Source of the DNA: an uncultured Solirubrobacterales bacterium
Lineage (GTDB): Bacteria; Actinomycetota; Thermoleophilia; Solirubrobacterales; Solirubrobacteraceae
NCBI GenBank assembly: GCA_963698875.1
Contig: CAVOSI010000002.1
Coordinates: 2,164,846-2,228,845 of the forward strand
Length of the DNA: 64,000 nt
Direction of reading: 5' to 3'
Both the position numbers and the translations under genes were made by a program. Shown here one piece after another: positions 1 to 9,025 of this stretch. Position 1 is the stretch's first letter. Each line of letters opens with the position of its first letter. The notes below the pieces were generated by a model. It worked only from the letters and a program-made list of their open reading frames with translations, was not told the DNA's origin and did not search any database.

Positions 1-838
1 CGCCCAGCTCGTCGCTGAGCACGGGCAAGATGTTCACGACCCTGACGCCTGCGTCGGTCTTGGCGGCACGGACGGTGATCGTGCCGCGTGCGAGGTCCAC
101 GTCGCGCCAGCGCAGGGAGAGCGCCTCGCCGATCCGCAGCCCAGCAAACGTGAGCGTTGCGAGCAGCGCGCGTCGCTGACCTCGGCAACTCTTCGCGTTG
201 GCGTCGAGCCTGCCGGCGCCGTCGAGCAGCGCCGTGATGTGCTCGGCACGGTCGAGCCATGAGCGGCGAGGCGCTACGACTGGCAGCCGTCGCCGTCTGC
301 CGCGCGCGGGGTTGCGCCCGATCAGCTCGTACTCGACGGCCGTCTCCAGGATCGCGGCGAGCGTTGCGAGCGTCTTGTTGATGGACGACACGCCCAGCTT
401 GCCGTCTCGGACCTTGCCCAGCCGGTAGCGGTCTACGTCCTCGACAGTGATCTGGTCGATGCGCCGCGAGGCAAACGCGGGTAGCAAGTGGTTGGAGATG
501 ACCCATTGCAGCGCGGCCGTCCCCGTGTCGCTGAGCCCGCCGCCGCGTCGTCCACCCTCGATCTTCTGGCGCTCGAACCATTCCGAGGCGAACTCGTGGA
601 AGGTCGGGATCTCTCGGGGTGCCTCTACGACCTCCACCAACACAGGGCGCCAGATCCCGCGTCGCACGTCGGCGAGGATGTTCTGTAGCTCGGTTTGCGC
701 CTTTGCTCGCGTCCAGCCTTCTGCCGCGGTTCCGAGCGCCACGTACTCGCGTCGCCCGTAGGCGCGGAAGCGGAGCCCATAGGTCGGGCTGCGCCTGCGC
801 TCATCCACGATCACTTGGCCTGTCGCTGGACGTGGCAT
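1..838 (-). CDS. int: Tyrosine recombinase/integrase (C-terminus runs off the left edge)
   Basis: Manual translation from ATG at 838 (absent from the ORF track because it has no stop in the window). It gives MPRPATGQVIVDERRRSPTYGLRFRAYGRREY (arm-binding-like), PTFHEFASEWF...NHLLPAF...SINKTLATLAAILETAVEYELIGRNPA (core-binding), and TLTFAGLRIGEALSLRWRDVDL...AAKTDAGVR (catalytic Arg box I and Lys). Confidence 0.95.
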   Translation of the reverse strand, partial: MPRPATGQVIVDERRRSPTYGLRFRAYGRREYVALGTAAEGWTRAKAQTELQNILADVRRGIWRPVLVEVVEAPREIPTFHEFASEWFERQKIEGGRRGGGLSDTGTAALQWVISNHLLPAFASRRIDQITVEDVDRYRLGKVRDGKLGVSSINKTLATLAAILETAVEYELIGRNPARGRRRRLPVVAPRRSWLDRAEHITALLDGAGRLDANAKSCRGQRRALLATLTFAGLRIGEALSLRWRDVDLARGTITVRAAKTDAGVRVVNILPVLSDELG

Positions 839-1524
839 CAGTTGCTCCCCCCGCCGGTGATCTGTGAGCCCCAGTTGCGGGGATTGCGCCGCCCGGCGCG
901 TTTCGAGCGCAGCCGCGCTTGCGTCCTCGCGTCGAGGTTCCTCTCGGCTGGCTCCAGGCCGTCGTCTATGTCTGCGTGTGCGTCGTCGGGCTCGGCCCAC
1001 TCGCTGAGGCAGTGGGTCGCTGAGGCCAGCCGCCCGCACGCGCGCTGCAGGAACTCTCCGAGCGTGAACCACGCATCCGACTCCACCGGCGTTTCTTGGC
1101 CGAGCAGCCTCGGAGAGTCCAGCAGCCACAAAGCGGACTCTGCTTGGTCGTGGAGATCCTTGCGGAAACCCTCAATCTGCTGCTCGGCGAGCGTCCGCGC
1201 CTCACGCCACGCTCGATGCTGAGGCGACTCGGGAAGCACCGGCAGGGTGCCCGAGCGGCGCGCCCGTTGAAGGCGACGACGGCCGGCGTCTGTGAGGCTC
1301 CACACGACGGAGCCGAGGCGGTGGGAGCACTCGACTATCCCGGCTGTCTCCAAGGCGGCGAGCCGCTTGTGGACGTGTCGCGCTGGCCCTGAGCGCGACG
1401 GGATGGCGAGGTGCGCATAGATCGAGCCCTTAATGACTTCGCCGTCTCGGGCGTGGTGACGACCAGCGCGGTCGATGGCGGCGAGGACCAGCTCGTCAGG
1501 GATGACGTCGGCGTGGTTGCTCAT
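838..1524 (-). CDS. Hypothetical protein with a winged-helix-like N-terminus, translationally coupled to int
   Basis: AGGAGG RBS before ATG 1524 (MSNHADVIPDELVLAAIDRA...HKRLAALETAGIVECSHRLGSVVWSLTDAG). Its stop overlaps the int start (TGATG at 840-836). Confidence 0.7.
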   Translation of the reverse strand: MSNHADVIPDELVLAAIDRAGRHHARDGEVIKGSIYAHLAIPSRSGPARHVHKRLAALETAGIVECSHRLGSVVWSLTDAGRRRLQRARRSGTLPVLPESPQHRAWREARTLAEQQIEGFRKDLHDQAESALWLLDSPRLLGQETPVESDAWFTLGEFLQRACGRLASATHCLSEWAEPDDAHADIDDGLEPAERNLDARTQARLRSKRAGRRNPRNWGSQITGGGSN

Positions 1525-1719
1525 CGGTTCCTCCTGTGGTTGGAGGCTCCGGGGGTGCTTTGCAGCGTTCGTGCAGCGCTGAGGGTCCGGTAGCGTTGCC
1601 CGTGCGCCGTAGCTAATCCCTACGGGGCCACGCCCCCGGCTGTTAGCGCAGCGCGGGGGCACTATGTTTGGTCGAGCCGACCCTAGCGCAACACACCTGA
1701 TATCGCAAGTCTCTGCTTC

Positions 1720-1968
1720 GTGCCAGCCATCACCACTGACGACCCACGTGCCCTTGGACAAGCCATGCGTGCATTGCGCGGTCGCGCCGGAATCACCCAG
1801 AAGGCGCTCGCGGAACGGGCGGGCACCAGCGAGGCATACGTGTCCAATATCGAGCTTGGACGGCGCGACGCTCGCTGGAGTACCCTCATCCGCCTCCTGC
1901 ACGCGCTCGACGCCGATCTGCACCAGCTCGCCAAAGCGGTGGCCGAGGTCGAGCAGTCGAATCGGTAG
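1720..1968 (+). CDS. XRE-family HTH transcriptional regulator
   Basis: LGQAMRALRGRAGITQKALAERAGTSEAYVSNIELGRRDARWSTLIRLLHAL is a typical HTH_3 pattern. Confidence 0.9.
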   Translation: MPAITTDDPRALGQAMRALRGRAGITQKALAERAGTSEAYVSNIELGRRDARWSTLIRLLHALDADLHQLAKAVAEVEQSNR

Positions 1969-1979
1969 CCGCGTCGGCA

Positions 1980-2384
1980 TCACGAGCGCTTCCGAATGCC
2001 GTCTGCAGCGCCCCCTATGGGCAGCAGGTCGGGGCTGCTGCCCAAACGCTGATGACGCCTACGTGACGAACCACCAGCAGCCACGGGCGTTTGCGGTGCC
2101 TGTGACTCCTTGCTGGTAGAGCGAGAGGTCCATGCTGAGAGCGCCTGATCGAGGTCGAAGCGCAGCCGTCCGCGAGGACCACCGCCGAGCCGCTGGCCGC
2201 CCAGCTCGGCCGCGTGTGCGTACACACAGTCGCGAGTGACGCCCAGTTCGATGGCGAGTGTCTTGGCGTCCACTAGCCTGCCTCGTGGCAACTCGTCGCG
2301 CCACAATTCGACGATGCGCCTCGCGGTCTGCTCGACGATCGCGGAGATCGTCTCGGGGGGCAGCGTGACGAGCATCTCACTCAC
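1980..2384 (-). CDS. Excisionase-like/AlpA-like HTH DNA-binding protein
   Basis: RLVDAKTLAIELGVTRDCVYAHA...RLRFDLDQ. It is coupled to the Rep gene (overlap 2381-2384) and lies upstream of int. Confidence 0.7.
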   Translation of the reverse strand: MSEMLVTLPPETISAIVEQTARRIVELWRDELPRGRLVDAKTLAIELGVTRDCVYAHAAELGGQRLGGGPRGRLRFDLDQALSAWTSRSTSKESQAPQTPVAAGGSSRRRHQRLGSSPDLLPIGGAADGIRKRS

Positions 2385-3868
2385 GGATCTGTCCTCTGCT
2401 CGCCATAGGCGTGTGCGAGCGCCTTCAAGGGCGGCGTCAGGTCGATGACTGTGCTGCTCCCGCCTGCGAGGTTGGGAGCGATCCCTGCGCGTTTCAGTTC
2501 GCGCAGGCGCAAAGCTCGGTCGTGCTGGGAGAGGAGATCGTCACCCCAGGCGAGGGTGCTGATCTTGCCACTGAGTGACTCGGCCTTGCGCCTCGTGATC
2601 ACGCCGGAGCGTGCCTTCTCGAAGAGAAGTACAACGGCCTCGGCCGGGGTCGCCACCTCGATCGTGTGCGGCTGGCGCAGGAAGGACTCCAGGGGAGCGC
2701 GAAACAGCCTGGCCAGATCGGCGGCGGAAAGCCACTCTGGTCGCGGTGTCTTCTGACCTTGCCAGCGTTGTTGGCGCTCTAGACGAAGGCGCTCGCCGGG
2801 CCGGTTGGTTTCGTGACGGACGCCAGCGTCATATAGCCGCAGTCGGGTCTGGCTGCCCTTGGGGGTCTGCCACTCGATCGACTCCAGGCGGGCCTGCCCC
2901 GCGGCGCGACGGAGGACCTGCTTTAGGCGAGGCAGTTGCAAGCCTCGCTCGCAAGCCGCGAGAAACGCCAGGCCGTCTGCAGCGTCGGGGAACATCAGCT
3001 CGGCCGCAAGGTCAAGCCGACGGAGATATGCGGGACCGTCAGTTTCCACCCCGAGCGTCTTTAGCGCCGCCAAGGCCGAGGCGGCACCGGCGATCACATG
3101 TTCAGGGTGAACGAGCCGTCGATCGTCGCACCGCCCCGTCAACATCACGATCAGCCGTGCCTCGGCCGTGACGACGCCGGTCGCTCGATGTACCGCAAAG
3201 CGGATGCCCGCGACCGGCAACTCCAGACGCACGTACCTTCCGCTCGATACTCCACGGTGAGCGCGAAGTCCGGTTGCGGGATCTACGTCAGGCGCGTAAG
3301 CGACCGCGAGGAGTGCCCTCGCTGCCTCGGCGTCCTTCCAGCCGAAGACAACCGTGTCGACCCCGTGGTCGCCGACCTGCCAGCGCGGATAAAATCTGTC
3401 CCCAGGCTGGCTGTTAGACGAATGCTGCCTGTGGGAGGCAAGAGCGGGTGACGGTGGACTTTCTCCGTCACCCTCCGTAGGGTCAGATGGACCGTCGCGG
3501 CTCGCTGCGCGGGTGCGACGCGTTGGCCGTGAGCGCCGTGCGCGCGACGGGCCACGTCGAGGCCCCCGAGCTGCGACGGGGCGATGGCCTGGCGCGACGC
3601 CGCTCTGTCTACTCGGCCGAGCTGCCTGGGCCACCCGGTCCAACGGCAGCACGGGGCGCTCATCGATCATGACGGTGCCCTCCGGCCATCCGCCAGGGGG
3701 TGTCGGCGGAGGCTCAACCACTGCATCGAGTGAGGGAAGGTCCGTCGCTGCGTCGAGGCGCAGGCCCAAGCCGACGTCACTCTCATTGCCAATCAAGTGG
3801 GTAAGAGCGTTCTCGGAAAACGTGCCCGGCTGGTCAAGCAAGTGTTCGGACACCGTAACCACCATCAA
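2381..3868 (-). CDS. Putative rolling-circle replication initiator (Rep_trans/phage gene II-like) with an Arg/Pro-rich N-terminal extension
   Basis: The C-terminal ~330 aa show GVDTVVF, YLRRLDLAAEL, RLRLYDAG and RLRLERQ, matching the RxDxA / RxYD / RxE motif series. The start is uncertain. Confidence 0.65.
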   Translation of the reverse strand: MMVVTVSEHLLDQPGTFSENALTHLIGNESDVGLGLRLDAATDLPSLDAVVEPPPTPPGGWPEGTVMIDERPVLPLDRVAQAARPSRQSGVAPGHRPVAARGPRRGPSRARRSRPTRRTRAASRDGPSDPTEGDGESPPSPALASHRQHSSNSQPGDRFYPRWQVGDHGVDTVVFGWKDAEAARALLAVAYAPDVDPATGLRAHRGVSSGRYVRLELPVAGIRFAVHRATGVVTAEARLIVMLTGRCDDRRLVHPEHVIAGAASALAALKTLGVETDGPAYLRRLDLAAELMFPDAADGLAFLAACERGLQLPRLKQVLRRAAGQARLESIEWQTPKGSQTRLRLYDAGVRHETNRPGERLRLERQQRWQGQKTPRPEWLSAADLARLFRAPLESFLRQPHTIEVATPAEAVVLLFEKARSGVITRRKAESLSGKISTLAWGDDLLSQHDRALRLRELKRAGIAPNLAGGSSTVIDLTPPLKALAHAYGEQRTDP

Positions 3869-4024
3869 GTTTGCATTTCATGGTCGCTCCGCTTTTTAGC
3901 GGCCCGGTCGGACAGCGCCCTGAACGCAGCAACGGCGCAGTGTTACCCGCACCGTTGCCTGACCATGAAGCCTTGATGGAGCTTCTAGAAGAGGATCGCA
4001 AGCAGGTCGGACGACCGGCCTGGC

Positions 4025-4303
4025 TTAGCCGATGCCGTCAAGCAGCTCCTTTGGGGGCACCTGGAGTCCCCGAGCGACTCGCACGAGAGTTGAGAGGCGG
4101 ATATCTCGCTCGCCTCTCTCCAGTCGGCCGATCTCTGTCGGGTGCAGATCGCACGCGGCGGCCAAGTCTTCCTGGGTTAGCTCGTCGCCTTCTCGGCGTG
4201 TCCTGATGTTCTGCCCGAGCCGCTCTTGGAGCGCTCGATCGGGCTGCCTGCCGCGTCGCTGCTTTCGAGGTTGCACGCACGCATGCTCGGGCCGCGCAGC
4301 CAA
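4025..4303 (-). CDS. XRE-family HTH transcriptional regulator
   Basis: LGQNIRTRREGDELTQEDLAAACDLHPTEIGRLERGERDIRLSTLVRVARGL. Confidence 0.9.
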   Translation of the reverse strand: MAARPEHACVQPRKQRRGRQPDRALQERLGQNIRTRREGDELTQEDLAAACDLHPTEIGRLERGERDIRLSTLVRVARGLQVPPKELLDGIG

Positions 4304-4472
4304 GAACTCCAGAGCATTCTTCTTCAGGAGTCTTTACTCAAGCTCTCGGAGGATGCCGTCGATACCTGAGCATTAGGTCGATGATCCCGCCGACGCTGTG
4401 AGAGCCCCGGTGCCGGCCGAGTGAGGTGTGCCCGAGCGCCGTCCGTCGTCAGATCACGAAAGCGAGGCAGTA

Positions 4473-4853
4473 ATGCGTGCCAAGCTCGACAACGCCACAA
4501 CGGCCCAGCAGATCGTCATAGCGATAGCCATCGTGGCCGTGATCGCACTTCTCGCGGCAGCCAGCACCGTGAGCCACACTCCCAGCGGCGCGCACCACAA
4601 CACCACTGGCGGTGATCCCTGCGCCGTCACCAACGCAGACGAAGGCCCTGTGTCCCCGCAGGTCTGCGAAGAGCAAAAGAAGATCGACCAGCAGCAGAAG
4701 CGCGAAAACGCTCCAGCCGAAGCCTTCGACAATGCCGCTGGTGAAGCCGCCGAAAACGCCGCAGCGGGACAAGGGGAAAGCTCCTCAACGGCAGGCGAGG
4801 CGGCAGAAAACGCCGCCGCCGAAGCACGCGAAAACGCCGAAGCTGGCAGATGA
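4473..4853 (+). CDS. Small secreted or membrane-anchored hypothetical protein with AGEAAENAAA repeats
   Basis: GAGG RBS before ATG 4473, a hydrophobic segment (IVIAIAIVAVIALLAAA), two Cys and an Ala/Glu-rich repetitive tail. Confidence 0.6.
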   Translation: MRAKLDNATTAQQIVIAIAIVAVIALLAAASTVSHTPSGAHHNTTGGDPCAVTNADEGPVSPQVCEEQKKIDQQQKRENAPAEAFDNAAGEAAENAAAGQGESSSTAGEAAENAAAEARENAEAGR

Positions 4854-5624
4854 CGACCCTCCGCGTTGCGGCGACGTTGCGGCGCTTCAGCATGGGAGAC
4901 CGCGACGATCGCAGGCGTCGATAGCGCGAGCCCCAATAATCGGCATCACAGCGGGGAATACGCTCGATACCAAACCGGGATGCTCCCGGTAGGAGCATCC
5001 CCGTACCTGCGTGTAATCGTCATGGCGGAGGGCGTCGCTACGAACCGGGCGTGTGAGCGCTCATCCGCTCTCGGCGTGGGCCGACGGGCAGAGACGAGTG
5101 AATCAATACCGATCCCGAGAGATGTGGATTCGTGATTTGCACGAACAGAGTCCGCCTCTTGCGGCGTACGAAACGATGCGCCCAGGGACAGTGTGAACGT
5201 GCATCCCGTGAGGGATACGTCAACTCATCCATCGCGGGGTAACGGCGCTACTTTCGTCGGTGTAATCCTCCAACAGACCGACCGGAGATCGCGTCCCAAA
5301 AAAATGCAAGTCTGCCGTGCGTGTGAATGTGGTGCCGAGCGAAGACCGGCCCCGCTTGACCCGTCTCGTAACCGGGGGGTACAGCAATTCGCGCATGCCT
5401 CACGAGCGCCGCCCTCGGGGGCCTTCGAGTCGCCGGGCCCGACATTGGGCAGCAGTGCGGTTTCGCTGCCCAACCCCCGCCAAATCCACGCCGCTCCGGC
5501 CGCATCCGCTCGGCGTGGCAAGCGCGGGAGCCTGCATAAATACGAGCAAAGCTAGGCCCGACAGCCTATTCGCCAGCTCGCTTGATGAGGAAGAGATCCC
5601 AGGCGCTAATCAGGTGCCTTCACG

Positions 5625-6161
5625 TCACGCTGGACGTGGGCGTCGGCCAGGCTTTGGGCGATCCAGCGACAGTACGGTCGACACTGGCTGGCCCGGAATG
5701 GCTGCGGTGCCCGCAGGCGCGACTAGGTAGAGATCGTAGGCGTCGGCCAGCTCGTCTGCTTTACGCGGGACGCAATGGAGCATCACCGCGCTCACAACTT
5801 GGCGCCGCGTGGCGGGGAAGCTCTGGTCTAGGAGCTGATCGACCAGAGCATTGAGGCGTAGCGTCACAGGACTCGGCAGTCGGACCATGAGCTGTTCGCT
5901 ATTTGCCGTGAGCACCCCGCGGTACCGGCCGGTCGGCAAGTTACCCACAGTGCCCCTGAGTTGGGGGTGGGGCTTGGTCATGATCGCAATGAGTTCGCTG
6001 GGAGTTCCTGGTGCAAAGAACATGATCGCTAGGCCAAGAACGTCCTGCCGGCGGGCCGGTCTTCCCGTGGCACGCAGACGCCACATGCAGCGCTCGATCG
6101 CGGTCACGACGGCCTTGGGCAAGGTATGGGAAGTCGGCCACTCCGGGCATTTTGAGAGCAT
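5625..6161 (-). CDS. Hypothetical protein with two internally repeated, ribbon-helix-helix-like units
   Basis: HTLPKAVVTAIERCMWRLRATGRPARRQDVLGLAIMFFAP aligns with VRLPSPVTLRLNALVDQLLDQSFPATRRQVVSAVMLHCVP. The start was set at ATG 6161 to avoid overlap with the ImmA gene. Confidence 0.5.
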   Translation of the reverse strand: MLSKCPEWPTSHTLPKAVVTAIERCMWRLRATGRPARRQDVLGLAIMFFAPGTPSELIAIMTKPHPQLRGTVGNLPTGRYRGVLTANSEQLMVRLPSPVTLRLNALVDQLLDQSFPATRRQVVSAVMLHCVPRKADELADAYDLYLVAPAGTAAIPGQPVSTVLSLDRPKPGRRPRPA

Positions 6162-6216
6162 CCGTGTCGACTGAACTTTTGCCACGCACACGTCCGATCG
6201 GGCAGATAAAACAACG

Positions 6217-7002
6217 TTGCTGCAACATTGGAGAGTACACCCCACCTGGCCGCGAGCAACGCTTACGCGTGTGCCGCCGCTGCACGAGGCCAGGTCGTTG
6301 GCCAGGGAGGTCCGCGACGCCACTGGGGGGCCAGGAAGTGCTATCGATCTCGAGATGTGCTGCGAGCGTGCCGGCGTGGAGATCGTGGATGCACCCTTGG
6401 GCACCGACGGTGCCCGCGAGGCCCTGCTAGCCCCTCTACCCGGACGCTTCCGGATCGTGATCAACAGCGAACTTTCGTCCGCCACTGCTGACGAGTCCGT
6501 TCGACGCCGACGCCGACGATTCCGAATCGCTCATGAGCTTGGTCACACCTTCTTCTACGCCCGCGGATCGTCACGTCCTCGCCGGAACCTTCCAGTGGGC
6601 ACATCGGCTGAGGAGCGTTTCTGCGATGACTTTGCGCGATGGCTCCTCGCCCCCCCGCTGGAACGGGCTGTGACGGCCGGCGAGGTCCCAGAAATCCAAG
6701 ACATCTACGACGTATCGCTTGAGGTTGCAACCCGAACCGTAGCCGCGTCCGATCCGACTTCTCGAGTTGCCTTGTGGTGGTGGCGGCCGACCGCGGAAAG
6801 CGGAGAGCAAATAGCGGTCCGAGAGCAGTGGACGAATGACCCAGACTGGGCTCGAGATCTACCCATACACGCCTTTCGGACAGACCCAGGCAAACTGCAT
6901 TGCCTGCTCATGCAGATCGGGAACCGTCTAGGCGGTAATTTCAGCTCGTGCGTATTGCCAGATCGCGGCCAAGCGCTGGCGATCCTTCGTTGTACGACCT
7001 AG
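6217..7002 (+). CDS. ImmA/IrrE-family Zn metallopeptidase
   Basis: RRRFRIAHELGHTFFY (HExxH), EERFCDDFARWLLAP and YDVSLEVATR. The start may be GTG 6271. Confidence 0.9.
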   Translation: MLQHWRVHPTWPRATLTRVPPLHEARSLAREVRDATGGPGSAIDLEMCCERAGVEIVDAPLGTDGAREALLAPLPGRFRIVINSELSSATADESVRRRRRRFRIAHELGHTFFYARGSSRPRRNLPVGTSAEERFCDDFARWLLAPPLERAVTAGEVPEIQDIYDVSLEVATRTVAASDPTSRVALWWWRPTAESGEQIAVREQWTNDPDWARDLPIHAFRTDPGKLHCLLMQIGNRLGGNFSSCVLPDRGQALAILRCTT

Positions 7003-8921
7003 TCAGCCCGCAGGGCTCGGTATTCCTCAACAAGACCCTTGAAGGCGGGTCGAGGGCTGTCGGGCCCGCGGGCCGAGGCCCGCCGGTGGGTAGCAATAAG
7101 CTCTGCGTCCTCAACACCGGCAAAGATCGAATCGACCTCTTGTCTCAGCGCCTGCAGCGCAAGCAAATCTGGCCACTCGAATGGCGCCGATCCGAGCTCG
7201 CGCTCCATCCCGCCCAGCTGGAGATCGAGGTCGGCAGCCAAGGACGCTATTACGAGATCCTTCGCGCTCTTGTCATTAGCTACGTCCGGATGCACAAAAA
7301 TGCTGACGGCCCACAAATCCCTATGCGCCTCGTAAATATCCGTGCCGCGACGCTTCCCCCCGTCCTTCTCACGGGTACCAAAGGTGCGGATCTCGTCGCC
7401 GTCGTCCACCAAGACTTCGGCGACCTTGAGCTTCATCTCAGGTGACGGTAGCCAGACCACCACCTTCCACGCTGGCCTCACTTCCGCAAACCGCGCAGCT
7501 CGTCTCTCAAGACGCCGCCGCGACTCAGGAGATCCGTATTTCTTATAGAAGTCCAGCCGGTCACGGCGTGTGTGGCGCTGTATCGCAACGAGTTTGAATA
7601 GGGCACGGTCCTCGACCGCGCCGGCGAGAGAGGCAACCGCTCGCCGGCGACGCGCGTCACGATGCCGCACGTTGGGCCGCGGAGCGTCGGGTAGGTCGCG
7701 GAGATATTCCAGCAGTCCATCATCACCGCGCTGGGTCATCGCGACGTCCAACTCTTCGTGGACCTTGCCAGTCACCGTGGCGGGTTGAATCTTCGCCGTC
7801 TCCAAGGCTATGCCGAGGTCCGCTAGGTCGGAGCCAGCCGACCACTCCGGCGCACCAGCCGTCGATCCCGAGACAAGGTCGGCAGCGTACTCTGCCCAAA
7901 GAGCGTCTCGCCAGATCTCGAGCGCCTTGCCGATCATCGCATCCGCGGCGAGCTTCGTGTGGTGAACCAGCGCCCGCTCGCTCAGCTCATATCGGTAGCG
8001 CAGGTGCTTCAAGATCTCGGTAATCGCATCGATACGCTCTTCGCCGCCACGATGAATCTTAAGTACCAGCCGTCGCTCGTATAGGGGATCACCATCAGGC
8101 AGTACGTAAAAGCCTGCCTCGAACCGCCGGCCGAGCGCAAGTGGAAGCCCGGTATAGAGGTGATCGCGACGCAGATAGTCGAGCAGATCCGCACAAATCG
8201 TGTTACCCACGACATCAGCGACGAACGGGTAGGCGCCGACATCCGAAGTCTGCAGTTTCGACAGCACGAGCCGCCGGAGATCGGCTTCCAAATCGCCTGC
8301 TAGAGCCACTGCGGTACGCACCGGCTCGTGCATCCCTGCCCACAGGCGATCAAAGCGTTGCTCGTTCTTGTCGTGTGCCTCCAAGATGCCGAGGTCGTCC
8401 TCGATCGAGTGGCCGAACGGTACGTGACAGAGGTCGTGCAGCAGCGCGCCGAGGCGTGCCAGCACCGTGATCTCGGCGACTCGTCGGTCGAAGTCCCGGC
8501 GCGACTCGTCGCCAAGCTCATACTGCCCGTCCTCGGTAGCTGTGCCCAACTCTCGTTCCCATTGAGTAAAGAGATCGTCGGGAGCATCACGGCCGGACCG
8601 ATGGTCCAGAACGGTGTCGACGATGTCTTGCGCGACCTTGACAGCTCCAAGCGAGTGAGCGAACCTCGTATGAGTCGCACCCGGGTAGACCAGATGGGTT
8701 GTGCCGAGTTGCTTCACCCGCCGAAGTCGCTGAAACGGCGGGCTATCGATGATCGCCACCTCGAGCCTCATCAGGTGTATGTCGCCATGCACAGGGTCAG
8801 TAACGACCTTTGCGGGCTCAAGCCATCCCGGGGCAAGACCCCAAGGTTTTGTGGATCGCATCGCGGCTGTCAGGCCCCACTTCGGCATCGGGCACCTCAA
8901 ATCAAGATAGGGACACGGCAT
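6999..8921 (-). CDS. HD-domain phosphohydrolase, SAMHD1/dNTP triphosphohydrolase-like, with a long C-terminal region
   Basis: DPVHGDI, FQRLRRVKQLG..HLVYPGATHTRFAHSLG, LLHDLCHVPFGHSIE and ADLLDYLRRD. Confidence 0.9.
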   Translation of the reverse strand: MPCPYLDLRCPMPKWGLTAAMRSTKPWGLAPGWLEPAKVVTDPVHGDIHLMRLEVAIIDSPPFQRLRRVKQLGTTHLVYPGATHTRFAHSLGAVKVAQDIVDTVLDHRSGRDAPDDLFTQWERELGTATEDGQYELGDESRRDFDRRVAEITVLARLGALLHDLCHVPFGHSIEDDLGILEAHDKNEQRFDRLWAGMHEPVRTAVALAGDLEADLRRLVLSKLQTSDVGAYPFVADVVGNTICADLLDYLRRDHLYTGLPLALGRRFEAGFYVLPDGDPLYERRLVLKIHRGGEERIDAITEILKHLRYRYELSERALVHHTKLAADAMIGKALEIWRDALWAEYAADLVSGSTAGAPEWSAGSDLADLGIALETAKIQPATVTGKVHEELDVAMTQRGDDGLLEYLRDLPDAPRPNVRHRDARRRRAVASLAGAVEDRALFKLVAIQRHTRRDRLDFYKKYGSPESRRRLERRAARFAEVRPAWKVVVWLPSPEMKLKVAEVLVDDGDEIRTFGTREKDGGKRRGTDIYEAHRDLWAVSIFVHPDVANDKSAKDLVIASLAADLDLQLGGMERELGSAPFEWPDLLALQALRQEVDSIFAGVEDAELIATHRRASARGPDSPRPAFKGLVEEYRALRAD

Positions 8922-9025
8922 CTTACCCTCGTTTGCGATCCATAGGCTGGAATGATTGTGGTGTCTGAGAGCTAACTCCGACTGTCCGGGCAGTATCGGG
9001 ACGCCGTCTGCGACGATGCGGCCCG

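Noticed and set aside
1525-1983. N-terminal extension of the 381-aa ORF 838..1983
   Set aside because: It is antisense to the XRE gene, and a strong RBS precedes ATG 1524.
4735-4850. GAAAACGCCG repeats as a DNA repeat element
   Set aside because: They are explained by the encoded AGEAAENAAA peptide repeats, with synonymous variation.
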